A DNA stretch of 64,000 nt from a virus (IMGVR_UViG_3300032030_000040:33913-97912), one strand, 5' to 3'; shown: positions 9,839-20,921, counted from the stretch's first letter. Translations and numbers: made by a program. Notes: generated by a model from the letters alone, not told the origin.

Positions 9839-11194
9839 ATGGCAAAACTATGCATTTACAACGAAATCGTTGATGAGGAAACCAAGGTGATGTACCAAGA
9901 CTGGTACGGAACCGACGGCGTATGCTTCAAGGATATCCATGAGTTCCTTGACTCCATGAAGGATGATGACGGTGACATAGACATTCGTCTGCACTGCCCA
10001 GGCGGTGACTGTATCGAAGGCTGGGCTATCTATGACGCTCTCCGTACATCGGGTAAGAACATCACGGCGACCATCGACGGTGAGTGCTCGTCAATGGCGA
10101 CCATCGTTCTTCTGGCAGCTCCCAAGGAGCGCCGTTTCGGTAACAAGAACGCAAGGCTGTGCATCCACAACCCTGCTGTTGCCTATCTCGACTTGTGGCC
10201 AGGTGACCGTCTCACAGCCGATGAGCTGGAGCAGCTGAAGAGCAAGCTGACGGCACAGCAGATGTCGCTTGTTGAGGAACAGAACAAAATCCTTGACCTC
10301 TATGTAGAGCGCACGGGCTCAGACCGCAGCGCACTGCAGGCCCTCATGAATGAGGACAAATATGTTGATATGGATAAGGCTATCGAGCTTGGCTTCATAT
10401 CATCTACCGTGGAGCCTAATACAGCATCCAAACATAACAAAAACAACAAGAAAATGAAAGTTTCGATTGAAAACAGAACGTTGGCAAAGCTGCTGTCAAT
10501 GGCAGGAGTAGCCAAGATTGAGGACGTTGCAGTTCTCGATCAGAAAATTACCGCCGCTGACGGTTCCGAATTTACCGTAGAGCGCGAAGATGGTGACCCG
10601 CAGGTAGGCGACAAGGCTTATCCAAACGGCACGTACACTCTCGACGACGGTACCGTTGTCGTAGTCTCTGATGAAGTCATCGAGAGCATCACGCCCGCCG
10701 ATGATAATAATGATGAGGATATTAACTCCTTGAAGCAGCAGGTGGCTGACCTGACTGCACAGGTAGAGACCCTGACCAGCGAGAAGGAGGCTCTGGCCTC
10801 TGAGAAGGAAGCTCTTGAGGCAGACAAGACAGCTTTGGAGAGTCAGGTGTCAGCACTGACTACCGACAAGGAGAATCTGACAGCCGCCGTTAGCACCCTG
10901 ACTTCCGAGAAGGAAGCCTTGGCAAGCGACAAGGCCGCTCTGGAGGCTGAGAAGACCACTCTCACCGAGGCTCAGAAGAGCGAGGAAGAGATTGCTATTC
11001 TCGACATCGTGAACAACGCCGGAGGCAAGGCATGGCTGGAGGCTGTTTCCAAGATGAAGTCCACCTTCCACACTGGTAACCGCTCTTTCCAAGAGCATCA
11101 GGGTGGCGGACAGCATGAGGGCGAGACCAAGACCCAGAAGATGCTCCGTGAGCAGCGTGAGCGTCAGGAGGCTAAGCGCAACGCTCGTAAATAA
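9839..11194 (+). CDS. ClpP-like prohead protease fused to coiled-coil scaffold-like region
   Basis: IRLHCPGG, CSSMAT, IHNP ClpP motifs; C-terminal heptad repeats. Confidence 0.85.
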   Translation: MAKLCIYNEIVDEETKVMYQDWYGTDGVCFKDIHEFLDSMKDDDGDIDIRLHCPGGDCIEGWAIYDALRTSGKNITATIDGECSSMATIVLLAAPKERRFGNKNARLCIHNPAVAYLDLWPGDRLTADELEQLKSKLTAQQMSLVEEQNKILDLYVERTGSDRSALQALMNEDKYVDMDKAIELGFISSTVEPNTASKHNKNNKKMKVSIENRTLAKLLSMAGVAKIEDVAVLDQKITAADGSEFTVEREDGDPQVGDKAYPNGTYTLDDGTVVVVSDEVIESITPADDNNDEDINSLKQQVADLTAQVETLTSEKEALASEKEALEADKTALESQVSALTTDKENLTAAVSTLTSEKEALASDKAALEAEKTTLTEAQKSEEEIAILDIVNNAGGKAWLEAVSKMKSTFHTGNRSFQEHQGGGQHEGETKTQKMLREQRERQEAKRNARK

Positions 11195-11230
11195 TCAAGA
11201 ATGTTAAACAAATTAAACCCATAGTGAATT

Positions 11231-12325
11231 ATGAATTTCGAACAGTACACTGTAGACAATGGTGCAATAAGAGACCTCAATGAGCTCATATTCACCTCTG
11301 TGTTCAACGACCCTGACTTGGAGCGTGTCATCACTCCAATGACGAAGGTTGAGGACGGTAAGAAGCTGGGCTATGTTGACCGCATGGGCGACGTAGGTAC
11401 GGCTGGTTCTGGTTGCGACCCCACCTATACCAAGGTGGAGATTTCGGGCTACGAAAAGGTATGGGAGCTGGGCGATTGGGAAATCCCCAAAAGCATCTGC
11501 TACAAGGAGCTGGAGCCCACCATCGCACGTTACGGTATGAAGGAAGGTACGGAGCGTGCCGACCTGCAGGACACCCCGTATTGGGATAAGTTCCTCATGC
11601 CTCTTCTGAAGAGCGCCATCAACGATATGTTCTGGCGTCTGGCATGGTTCGGTGACAAGAACGCCAAGCACACCACCGACGGCGGTGTCATCACCGAGGG
11701 CATTGACCTGAAGCTGCTCACCGTCTGTGACGGTCTGTGGAAGCGTCTGGAGACCATCATTGCCGCTCATCCCAGCCAGCAGATTGAGATTACCGCCAAC
11801 CAGCAGGCTACCTATACGGAGCAGAAGACCGCTCTCCGTGCCAAGGGCTATGCCATCGGTATCATGGACGACCTGCTGAGCGAGGCCGATAGCCGTATCT
11901 TCGACAAGGAAGACCACGCTATCTTCATGACCAACTCTCTCTTCAAGGCCCTGCGTAACGACGTGAAGAATGTGAACAACATTCAGATGCCTGTCGAGAA
12001 AATCATGTCCGGCATCCAGCTCTCTGAGTACGATGGTCATCCCGTGATTGTCATCGACATCTGGGACCGCATGATTAAGAAGTACGAGACCGTTACAACG
12101 ACCTCTGGCGAGGGCTCAAGCGCCGTGACCACCTCTAAGCTGAACTGTCCTCACCGTGCAGTCCTGGCTTCGCCCCAGAACCTCTTCGTAGGTACATCTG
12201 ACAAGGACCGCATGGCCTCTCTGACCGTGAAGTTCGATGACCGCAAGCGTGACAACTTCATCTATGCAGCCTCTAACCTCGGTACTCTCATCGGTGAGGA
12301 CGAGCTGGTACAGGTTGCTATGTAA
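11231..12325 (+). CDS. Major capsid protein
   Basis: 364 aa directly after the protease, strong codon bias, size typical of HK97-fold MCP. Confidence 0.75.
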   Translation: MNFEQYTVDNGAIRDLNELIFTSVFNDPDLERVITPMTKVEDGKKLGYVDRMGDVGTAGSGCDPTYTKVEISGYEKVWELGDWEIPKSICYKELEPTIARYGMKEGTERADLQDTPYWDKFLMPLLKSAINDMFWRLAWFGDKNAKHTTDGGVITEGIDLKLLTVCDGLWKRLETIIAAHPSQQIEITANQQATYTEQKTALRAKGYAIGIMDDLLSEADSRIFDKEDHAIFMTNSLFKALRNDVKNVNNIQMPVEKIMSGIQLSEYDGHPVIVIDIWDRMIKKYETVTTTSGEGSSAVTTSKLNCPHRAVLASPQNLFVGTSDKDRMASLTVKFDDRKRDNFIYAASNLGTLIGEDELVQVAM

Positions 12326-12351
12326 TGTGTAACCCCTAAAAAGATACGTGT

Positions 12352-12966
12352 ATGGAACTATGTGATTTCAAACTTGCTCAGGACGTTGCAGGCTCTTGCG
12401 AGAATCCGCAGGTCGCTGGCTTGAAGAACACTGGTTATCTCATCAACTACGATGATATCGACTGGGACCAGCTCGCCAAGAATGCTGATAATCCTAATAT
12501 CGTCGAGACACTGCTCTTGCTGTCTGGCAAGCGTGCCTATAAGGTTGTGGTGCCTGGCAACACTCCTTTCACTGGCACCAACGTTGCCATGACTCAGGGC
12601 ACATACCGTAATAAGTTCACCAAGACGGCTGCAATGGTTGTCCTGAACAGTGGTCCTGACGTTTCCAAGAACATCATCGACCAGCTGGCCAACGGACGCT
12701 TTGTGTTCATCTTCGAGAACAAGTTCCAAGGTGCCGACCACAAGAACACCTTCGAGATTTACGGTCTGGAGCAGGGTCTTGCTGCAAACGAGATTTCCAA
12801 TGACAAGTATTCTGAGGAAACAGACGGTGGATGGGCAGTTTCCCTCCAAGAGACAAACGCCCCGTCAAGTGGTATGTTCTTCTTCAAGACGGATATCGCC
12901 ACTACCCGTGCTGCCCTTGTATCTCTCGCTACAGGTAATACAAATAATACAGATAATAACGGCTAA
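12352..12966 (+). CDS. Structural protein (putative tail tube or auxiliary virion protein)
   Basis: Position after MCP; FVFIFENK...FEIYGLEQGL...GGWAVSL pattern seen in Bacteroidetes phage virion genes. Confidence 0.55.
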   Translation: MELCDFKLAQDVAGSCENPQVAGLKNTGYLINYDDIDWDQLAKNADNPNIVETLLLLSGKRAYKVVVPGNTPFTGTNVAMTQGTYRNKFTKTAAMVVLNSGPDVSKNIIDQLANGRFVFIFENKFQGADHKNTFEIYGLEQGLAANEISNDKYSEETDGGWAVSLQETNAPSSGMFFFKTDIATTRAALVSLATGNTNNTDNNG

Positions 12967-12987
12967 GAGCTAACATAAAATAGCGTT

Positions 12988-13809
12988 ATGGCTGATTATG
13001 AGAAAACCCTGAAAACGCTTGAAGAAATGAGAAGTCGGTTTGAATCCGGCTTCTCGTCTTCCGATAGAGTGACTATTGAACAGCTCTACTTGCAGATATG
13101 CGGTAAGAGAGTTCGCAATACAGGCTGTCGTGACTGTTATCGTGATGCCTATATTGAAATCAGAAGTAAACTTAAAATTTTAGGAAAGATGCCAAAGAAA
13201 GCTAATTACGTGCTGAAGGCTGGTGCTATCATCCATCCGCAGGGCACAAGCAAGTTTTACAGCCTGAACAACTGCCCCGATGAGGTAGCAGAAGAGTTGC
13301 TGGCTAAGTACCCGTCTGAAATCTCGAAGTTCGAGACCTTCCCCACCGATTGGGAGAGCCGTGTGAAGGCTCGCAAGGAAGGGACTGCCGTAGAGCCCAC
13401 CAAGGAAGAGCTCAAGGCTGAGATTGACAAGCTCAACGCAACAATCGAGACCAAGGAGAAGGAGATTGAAGAGCTGAAAACCGCCGCAGACAACAGCGAG
13501 GCTGAGATTGAGATTGAGACCCTGAAGGCCGATCTTGCAACAGCCAACGAGAAGCTGGAGAAGTGCAAGGCCGAGGCTCAGGAAGAGGTGAAGTCTCTCA
13601 ACAAGACCATCGCTGACCTCAAGCTGCAGCTGACCGATGCAGGCACTGAGTCGGAGAAGAAGGACGCAGAACTCAAGAAGGTCGCTGCTGAGCTGGCCGA
13701 GGCCAAGGCCAAGGACGCAGACCAGAGCGCAAAGATTGAGGCTCTGCAGAATGAGCTCGAAGCTGCCAAGAAGGCTGCTGAGCCAAAGAAAGAGACTGAG
13801 AAGAAGTAA
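12988..13809 (+). CDS. Coiled-coil protein with CxxC motif
   Basis: GCRDC; E/K-rich C-terminal half. Confidence 0.6.
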   Translation: MADYEKTLKTLEEMRSRFESGFSSSDRVTIEQLYLQICGKRVRNTGCRDCYRDAYIEIRSKLKILGKMPKKANYVLKAGAIIHPQGTSKFYSLNNCPDEVAEELLAKYPSEISKFETFPTDWESRVKARKEGTAVEPTKEELKAEIDKLNATIETKEKEIEELKTAADNSEAEIEIETLKADLATANEKLEKCKAEAQEEVKSLNKTIADLKLQLTDAGTESEKKDAELKKVAAELAEAKAKDADQSAKIEALQNELEAAKKAAEPKKETEKK

Positions 13810-13831
13810 TTGATTAGCCCATTGCCTATAT

Positions 13832-15007
13832 ATGAATATCAATAACGTACAGCGTTCAAAGAAACGTTTCGACACATCGTACCTAAGCAATCTTGGAATC
13901 CAAGCATACGGTAAGGATAATCTGTACCCACAAAGGATGAATGACCTCATCCGATGCAGTGCAACTGGCGGAACGTGCTGTGACCGCTATCAGGCGTTCA
14001 TAGAAGGCAATGGGCTGAACAATACTATTTTTGCGGAATATGAGTGCAACCGCATGGGCCAGACCGTTGACGATATCTATAGTCTCGTCGCTCAGGACAT
14101 GGCGCAGCATCATGGGTTTGCCCTTCATGTGAACTATAACATGATGTGTCAGATTGTGGAAGTCACTCATGTACCGTTTATGCAGTGCAGGCTCGAAGAA
14201 GAGACTGAGGACGGCAAGGTGGTGCATATCGCCGTGCATCCAGACTGGAGTGGCCACAAGACTCGTAAGGGCAAGCCTATCAAGGTCAGCAAGGAGAACG
14301 TCAAGAAGATTTATACCTTCAACCCACGCAAGGAGGTCGTGCTGTCTCAGATAGTGGCCTCTGGCGGCATAGAGAATTACAGGGGACAAATACTGTGGTT
14401 CTCCATGGACGGCAAGTGGGAGTACCCCATACCCATCTATGACAAGGTGGTGACGTGTCTATCTACAGATGAAGGACTGGATAACGTGAAGTACCGCAAT
14501 GTCCGTAACAATTTCCTTATGTCTGGTATGCTCGTCCATAAGAAGGGCTCAACGCTGGGCATCGACGATGAGGGGAACCCCATCAAGGAAGACAACAACA
14601 GTGATGTCAGCGAGAGTCTGAACATCTTCCAAGGTGACGAGAACGCCTGTGCTATCATGGACGTTACGATTCAGCAGGAGGAAGACAAGCCTGATTTCGT
14701 CCGTTTCGAGGCCAACAATTTCGATGGCAAGTTCAAGACAACGGATGAAAGCGTCATCAGCCGTATCTATTCGGCTTTCGGGCAGGAGCCTTGGTACCGC
14801 ATCAGGAACGGTAGCCTTGGATTTTCCAGCGAGATACTGTCTGAGGCATACGAATACTACAATTCCTATGTCAGCAAGGAGCGCCGTGCCATAAGCCGTG
14901 CATTAAAACGTATCTTCGATTTCTGGTATGAGCAGGCAAATCCTTCTGGCGACTATGAGGTACAGCCATTGGTATATGTGAACAATAAAAAGGAGGACGA
15001 CAAATGA
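13832..15007 (+). CDS. Portal protein
   Basis: YGKDNLYPQ...FIEGNG...FALHVNYN pattern of Bacteroidetes phage portals. Confidence 0.75.
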   Translation: MNINNVQRSKKRFDTSYLSNLGIQAYGKDNLYPQRMNDLIRCSATGGTCCDRYQAFIEGNGLNNTIFAEYECNRMGQTVDDIYSLVAQDMAQHHGFALHVNYNMMCQIVEVTHVPFMQCRLEEETEDGKVVHIAVHPDWSGHKTRKGKPIKVSKENVKKIYTFNPRKEVVLSQIVASGGIENYRGQILWFSMDGKWEYPIPIYDKVVTCLSTDEGLDNVKYRNVRNNFLMSGMLVHKKGSTLGIDDEGNPIKEDNNSDVSESLNIFQGDENACAIMDVTIQQEEDKPDFVRFEANNFDGKFKTTDESVISRIYSAFGQEPWYRIRNGSLGFSSEILSEAYEYYNSYVSKERRAISRALKRIFDFWYEQANPSGDYEVQPLVYVNNKKEDDK

Positions 15008-15543
15008 AACACCTGCTGAAACCAGAAGAACTACGAAAGCTCGGACGGCCTATCGGAAAGGTCGCCGATGACAAGTTGACAGCCTTCATTACGGAGGCTG
15101 AGCAGCTTCATATAAAGCCAATCCTCGGTGACAAGCTCTTCCTGGAGTTACTTGATGAAGCCGAGAAAGAAGATGGCGGAGAAAAGAATGAAACCTTACA
15201 GATGCTGTTGAACGGTGGCACGTATAAGGTCAAGGAGGGTACGGAGAACGAAAGCCCGTGTTCCTTTACTGGTCTGAAGGTGGCAATGTCTTACTTCGTC
15301 TATGCTCAGAACCTCATGGTGGGGGATATCGAGAGTACACGCTACGGCTCTGTCATCAAGAACGGTGACTATTCCAATCATGTGTCATCAAAGGAGCGTT
15401 CGGACGCTTACAACAATACGCTGGAGGTGGCTAACAGCTACCTCAAGGAGTGTGTGGCCTACTGCAAGGAGAAAAAGCTGATACAGTCTGCAGGGAAGGC
15501 CACGGCAAAAATCGGTGGAGTCATCATTAAGAAAATCGGTTAG
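15004..15543 (+). CDS. Head-tail connector/adaptor (DUF6712-like)
   Basis: EAEQLHIKPILG...GLKVAMSYFVYA; follows portal. Confidence 0.6.
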   Translation: MKHLLKPEELRKLGRPIGKVADDKLTAFITEAEQLHIKPILGDKLFLELLDEAEKEDGGEKNETLQMLLNGGTYKVKEGTENESPCSFTGLKVAMSYFVYAQNLMVGDIESTRYGSVIKNGDYSNHVSSKERSDAYNNTLEVANSYLKECVAYCKEKKLIQSAGKATAKIGGVIIKKIG

Positions 15544-15546
15544 TGT

Positions 15547-17790
15547 ATGATTGATATTCGCAGTTTGCTCAATGGAGGTTTGGATGCTTTCGGAAAAACA
15601 TCTTCCGAGAGGTGGAAACTTCTTGTGCAGGCTGTGATAGAGCTTCAGAACCGTAAGTTCAGCGGAGGCTCTTCATCATCCTATTCAAACAACAATGGCT
15701 CCGGAAGCGGCTCTGGGGACGGTTCGGGTAGTGGTGACGGTTCAACTGTCGAGAGAGCAGAAGAGGCCAATCATGCGAAAGAGGCAGACCACGCAAAGGA
15801 AGCCGATCATGCCAAAAACGCTGATTATGCCAATAACATCAATGCAGATTCTTCTTTCTTCAAGCAATGGCTAAGAAGGGATGCAGAGGACTTCGCAGAA
15901 GAGGAAATAGGATTTCTGAAAGGTCTTTGGATAAAAGCCAAGGGGCTGTTTGGTATTGACAAGGACGGTAACGCAAAACTGAGCAGCGTCAAAGTCATCA
16001 ACACCCTTAATGTGGATGGTGAGACCATCCTAAAACAGACGACCATCGGCAATTATGAGAAGGATATCTATGTAGGCATAGGTTCCAGAGAGGGAATCCG
16101 CATGAATCCAGACGGAAGCATTATCGCCCGTTCGCTGGAGCTGAGCGAATCCCTTCAGGTACCAATGATAAAATACAATTCCATCGAGGTGCTTTCTGGT
16201 ACCAGATGGGACTCTGCAGGTAAGGGTCGTGTAAAGGAGGTTATCTACGTTGACGAGAACACCCACACCTGTCAGTTCGTGCTTGACCTGAACGACGGAG
16301 AGCCTGGCGAGTTCGTGGTAAACGATATCCTGAGAGGCTTCTGGCACAACATGGACGGAACGAAGAACGCAACGGCCAACACCGATGACCATCACGGCAA
16401 CATCACCCGTGCTGGCTTCATGTCTATCTACTGCCGTGTGATTGCTGTGGCCGATGTAGTGGAGCGTACCGATGACGAGGCGACTACCTATGTAGCAAAG
16501 GACGCAGGCTATAAGCCGCAGGTCGATGACGTCATTCTGGCTAACGGCCTTGTGACCGTTCAGGTACGCCAGTTCTCGACAGACCCCGAAAGGTGGTCAC
16601 CATATCCTGAGAAGTGGTCAGTGCTCAGTGTCAGCGGATTCTTTGGTACCGACCATCCAGAGCGTCAGAACTTCTTCGTATATACCACTTCATATATGGC
16701 CCGATTCCAAGGGGTCAACACATGGGAGTGGGAAGACCATACCTTCATGGGTGGCTGGGGCGACCTTACGGGCTTCACGATGATGGAACTTGGAGAGGAC
16801 GGCCAGACTGTCTATCGTAAGGAGTTCAACGGTGAGGGCTTCGTGACCAAGGACGCACACATCTACGGAATACTGGAGCAGTTCACCCGTTTCTCTGACC
16901 GCATAGAAATCATCCTGTCCCATCCCGACGGAACGATTGCAGAGGGTGAAGATGTCAAGGCTGAGTTTGCCTTGAAGACTATGGATGACGAGCTCATCAC
17001 TGGCGGCTACATGATGACGATAACAAGGCAGTCCGGCGACGCAGAGGCCGATACCCTTTGGAACGAGCGAATGGAGGGAGAATACCCAGACGGAATACCG
17101 CAGGCGCTCTACTTCCATTTTGCGGACGTTCCTGAGCACGGTGCGGTGTTCGTGGTTGTCGGGAAGCGTCAGGTGCAGACCGAGGACGGATATGACACCT
17201 ATACCACTTCTGCCTCTTTCGTGCTGTCCCGTGCAGTCATTCAGGAGGACTTCAAGGGGGAATGGAACCCGAATACCACCTACACCCGTTCAGGCAGGGT
17301 CTATCCTACCGTGACGTGGGGAGGTTGCAAGTGGTATCTGGCTGCAGAGTCAAGCAAGGGTGAAGAGCCCTATCCTGGCTCATCGGTATGGAAGATGCTC
17401 TATGGAGTCACAGACCTCGAAATCCGCTTCTTTGACTCCAACGGCTTGCGTATCACATCATCACAGCAGGTGCCAGGCAATGTTGACCTCTATCTCAATC
17501 CTCGCCTTTTCTGTGGGAACTTCGACATCACGGGGCTGCTGAATGACTCAGACTGGACGTGGGAGCGTTACAGTGGAAACTATGACGAGAAGGTTGACAG
17601 CCGTTCGGAAGAAGACAGGCAGGCAGACCAAGGGTGGCCTTCACTCCACTGGCAGGAGAGGACACCGACACGCCAGATACGCATCATGAACGAGGATATG
17701 CCGCCGATATGGGGAAGTGGTCCTGTGGTGAACTTCATCGTGACGGCTGTCTATGACGGTATCGAGATTCCGAATATAGTATCAATATAA
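15547..17790 (+). CDS. Tail/virion protein with Gly-Ser linker and (EADHAK)n repeats
   Basis: 747 aa in structural operon; FKGEWNPNTTY carbohydrate-binding-like motif. Confidence 0.6.
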   Translation: MIDIRSLLNGGLDAFGKTSSERWKLLVQAVIELQNRKFSGGSSSSYSNNNGSGSGSGDGSGSGDGSTVERAEEANHAKEADHAKEADHAKNADYANNINADSSFFKQWLRRDAEDFAEEEIGFLKGLWIKAKGLFGIDKDGNAKLSSVKVINTLNVDGETILKQTTIGNYEKDIYVGIGSREGIRMNPDGSIIARSLELSESLQVPMIKYNSIEVLSGTRWDSAGKGRVKEVIYVDENTHTCQFVLDLNDGEPGEFVVNDILRGFWHNMDGTKNATANTDDHHGNITRAGFMSIYCRVIAVADVVERTDDEATTYVAKDAGYKPQVDDVILANGLVTVQVRQFSTDPERWSPYPEKWSVLSVSGFFGTDHPERQNFFVYTTSYMARFQGVNTWEWEDHTFMGGWGDLTGFTMMELGEDGQTVYRKEFNGEGFVTKDAHIYGILEQFTRFSDRIEIILSHPDGTIAEGEDVKAEFALKTMDDELITGGYMMTITRQSGDAEADTLWNERMEGEYPDGIPQALYFHFADVPEHGAVFVVVGKRQVQTEDGYDTYTTSASFVLSRAVIQEDFKGEWNPNTTYTRSGRVYPTVTWGGCKWYLAAESSKGEEPYPGSSVWKMLYGVTDLEIRFFDSNGLRITSSQQVPGNVDLYLNPRLFCGNFDITGLLNDSDWTWERYSGNYDEKVDSRSEEDRQADQGWPSLHWQERTPTRQIRIMNEDMPPIWGSGPVVNFIVTAVYDGIEIPNIVSI

Positions 17791-17805
17791 CCAAAGAATA
17801 AGATT

Positions 17806-18234
17806 ATGGCAAAGTTATCATTCACAAACAGTCCGCATGGATTTATCTCAGACACCTTTGAAGGTGGTGTGAGCTTGCAGTGTATCTTCGCTGGCAACGC
17901 CAAGCACGTACTGTTTCTTGAGACAAGACTTTCAAGCGAGCTGCCTTGGACGCTTCACAGAAGCATTGTCATAAAGGCGCAGCAGGTCATTAACGTAGTG
18001 TATGCTGCAGAGGGGCAGGAGTACCGACTTCGCTGTGGCACGGAGCCCGAGTCTGTTGACACGTCGAAGCTCAAGAACACGGGAGGCGGTTCTGGCTCAG
18101 GCTCAGGTGGCGATGAGGAAATGGACTTCGAGCCAGAGGACTTTGACGGAATCGGAGAGGATGAAGCCCGTAGCATCGTCGCAGACGCAATAGCTGCTGC
18201 AGAAGGCGGCGGCTCACAGGGTGGAGAGCCCTGA
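17806..18234 (+). CDS. Virion-associated protein with C-terminal PEDF...AIAAAE motif
   Basis: C-terminus similar to that of the next gene. Confidence 0.55.
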   Translation: MAKLSFTNSPHGFISDTFEGGVSLQCIFAGNAKHVLFLETRLSSELPWTLHRSIVIKAQQVINVVYAAEGQEYRLRCGTEPESVDTSKLKNTGGGSGSGSGGDEEMDFEPEDFDGIGEDEARSIVADAIAAAEGGGSQGGEP

Positions 18235-18308
18235 TAACGGTAGACTGAAACTGGAGCAATCCAGACAGTATATTATTCACTTTATTTATTAACTAAATTT
18301 CAAGTTTT

Positions 18309-18971
18309 ATGACAAAAGCTGAAATTCTCGCAGCTCTGAAGCAGTTGCTGAGCAAGGCGGACTTTACCGCCGCCATGAACGACCTTGCAGTATGGGTGCA
18401 GGGCAAGTTTACAACCCTCAAAGGCCTCATTGAAGACAATGTAGTCAGTGTGACCGAAGCCGCCAACGCCACCTCTGGCAGCGTGAAGACCTTCGACGTC
18501 CAGAACGCAAAGGGTGTGTCTCTTGGCAAGGTAGAGGTTCCCGCCGACCTGTCGGACTACGACAACACCACTTCTGACTTCCAGAGTGGCGCAGAGGTTG
18601 ATGCCAAGATTGCCGCTGAGATTGGTAAGGTTTACAAGCCTGCCGGAAGTCTCGCTGCTGATGGTGTCGTATCAAGTCTGCTTGTTGCCGCTAACCTTGG
18701 CAAGGTTTACAACCTCTCTGAGGACGTGACAACCGACTCAGACTGGGTTGACGGTGCTGGTCACACAGTGAAGGCTGGTACGAACATCGTCATTGCAGAG
18801 GTTGACAACGAGGGTACTCCTGCTTACAAGTTCGATGCGCTGACCTTCGCTCTCGACCTGTCGAACTACCTGCAGCCCGAGGACTTCGAGACCATCGGTG
18901 CTACAGAGGCAAAGGCCATCGTTGCAGCAGCTATCGCAGCTGCCGAGACTCCTGCTCAGAGCGGCGACTAA
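18309..18971 (+). CDS. Virion-associated (fiber/decoration-like) protein
   Basis: Ala-rich, strong codon bias, followed by hairpin 18981-19020. Confidence 0.55.
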   Translation: MTKAEILAALKQLLSKADFTAAMNDLAVWVQGKFTTLKGLIEDNVVSVTEAANATSGSVKTFDVQNAKGVSLGKVEVPADLSDYDNTTSDFQSGAEVDAKIAAEIGKVYKPAGSLAADGVVSSLLVAANLGKVYNLSEDVTTDSDWVDGAGHTVKAGTNIVIAEVDNEGTPAYKFDALTFALDLSNYLQPEDFETIGATEAKAIVAAAIAAAETPAQSGD

Positions 18972-19056
18972 TCTCTCGACCAAGGCAAGGTGTGGGGAAC
19001 GTCCCCTGCCTTGCTTCTTATGCTTTTTCAAGTAAGGAACCGTAAAGAACAAAGAA

Positions 19057-19732
19057 ATGACAAAGGCACAATTCTCATATTTTCTGGCCTTCATTCAACT
19101 TGTCTGTCAAGAGCTCTGGAAAAGCGCCTTATCGAAGTATGCCACGAAAGCGGAGAACGCTGCTGTAAGTGACCGAATCACTCAGATAGAGGCCAACGAA
19201 GGAGCATTGATTCTGGCGGTTGACTTTGAAACAGGCTGTTTGGTACAGGTAGGCTCAGTGAACGGAACGTTCGGAGTTGACTACGAGACGGGGTATCTGA
19301 CGTTTGAACCAGCGCCGACCCAATCCCAAGAGCAAAACGAATCTGAATAAATACAAAACGCAATAGATTATGTTATACTTACAGAAGATTTTGGCACTGA
19401 GCAAGGGAACCTATTCAGATTCCCAGACCTACGACATTCTGGACTTCGTGCAGGTAGGCCCAGCCATCTATCAGTCCAAGAAGCCAAACAACCAAGGCCA
19501 TGCGGTCACAGATACCGAATGGTGGAAACTGCACTTTGACTTGGGAGAGGCTATTGCAGCAGCTACCAATGTCAACAGTCCTCAGACGCATACCGCAGCA
19601 CAGATTTCAAGACTCATGTGCATCGGTACTGACGGACAGCCTAAGAGCATCACTCCAAAGGAGTTGATAGACTATGTAATCAAGGAACTTCTCGACTACG
19701 ACCTCATAGCAAGGGATAAGCCGACAACATAA
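19057..19732 (+). CDS. Two small structural-module genes (19057-19350, 19370-19732)
   Basis: Co-oriented ORFs with AT-rich leaders. Confidence 0.55.
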
Positions 19733-19742
19733 CGACTGACCT

Positions 19743-20921
19743 ATGAGAAAGCTCAACAACTCACAGCCGTTATCCGTTACGACCATCTACAGGCCGCTCA
19801 CCACGTCGCTGAAGATCGTGTCAATAGGGGAATTACCGACCACGCAGTTCTACTATCAGTCTGCAAGGGAGTGGTTCCCTGACCACACGAAGAATCCAGT
19901 CTATGACGAGAACGGGCTGCAGCAGGATGGTATCTTGCGTCTCAAAGCCGACTATTTCCTTCAGGATGAGGATGACCTTCTCGACACCTCTACTATCACA
20001 CCGCAAATCTACTGGTTCGTCAATGGCCAGCAGGTAAACAACCCTGATACGTCGAGGGACTATTACAATGTCGGGAACGACCTGTATGTGAAGAAGAACC
20101 TCACCCACCTTGAAGCCGCTACGATACGGTGTGACGTGGAGTTTACCGACCCACGTAACTCACAGAGAATCGTTCTCAGTGACACGCTCGTACTCAATGC
20201 CGTGCTGAAAGCCAAGGATGCCTGGCAGATAAACCTCCTTTGTGACAGGACACGCAAGCACTATCCCATCACATCTACGCAGACAGTCTATGACTTCGAG
20301 GCAGAGGTGCGTGAGGGTGCTATCCTGAGAAACAATGAGGTATCGTGGTTCTGGGACTATTCTCTTGACAACGGTAAGACGTTCAAGACCATCAACTCTG
20401 ACTGCCTGTGGTATGTAAGAGGACTGAAGACAAATAAGCTGACTGTCGATATGGACTATATTGAGAACCTGATGGTACGCTGCCGCATCGGAAGCACCAA
20501 GACCAAGACGGCTCCAGATATGCCCAACGAGGCGACGGTCTCAATGGCGTGGAGGTGGCCAGCCCTGAAGCCAGAGGTATTCAGCTATGGAGGAAACCGC
20601 ATCTTTGCTGAGAACGCAAGTATGCGTTTCGGCTTCTTCGTCCATGTGCCCAAGCACAGCGACATGACGGAAGCCCAGAAGCAGCACTGGCTCACAACAA
20701 GCTGGGTGGTACGCAGGCAGGGAAGCACGGCGGCTCCTGTTGTGCTCAACGAGCACGGCATGGAGGTGGAAATCGCACAGCGTTTCTTGACAAATAACGC
20801 GCTGGGAAAGTTCATCCCAGACCCTCAGATTGGAGTACGTGGCGTGTATGACGTGGTGGCTTTTCATGACGGACAACTGATAGAGCTTTCCAACGGACAG
20901 ACATTTGCCATACGTAAATAA
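19743..20921 (+). CDS. Tail protein with Ig-like beta-rich domains
   Basis: 392 aa; IYWFVNG and SWFWDY motifs; precedes DGR target. Confidence 0.55.
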   Translation: MRKLNNSQPLSVTTIYRPLTTSLKIVSIGELPTTQFYYQSAREWFPDHTKNPVYDENGLQQDGILRLKADYFLQDEDDLLDTSTITPQIYWFVNGQQVNNPDTSRDYYNVGNDLYVKKNLTHLEAATIRCDVEFTDPRNSQRIVLSDTLVLNAVLKAKDAWQINLLCDRTRKHYPITSTQTVYDFEAEVREGAILRNNEVSWFWDYSLDNGKTFKTINSDCLWYVRGLKTNKLTVDMDYIENLMVRCRIGSTKTKTAPDMPNEATVSMAWRWPALKPEVFSYGGNRIFAENASMRFGFFVHVPKHSDMTEAQKQHWLTTSWVVRRQGSTAAPVVLNEHGMEVEIAQRFLTNNALGKFIPDPQIGVRGVYDVVAFHDGQLIELSNGQTFAIRK

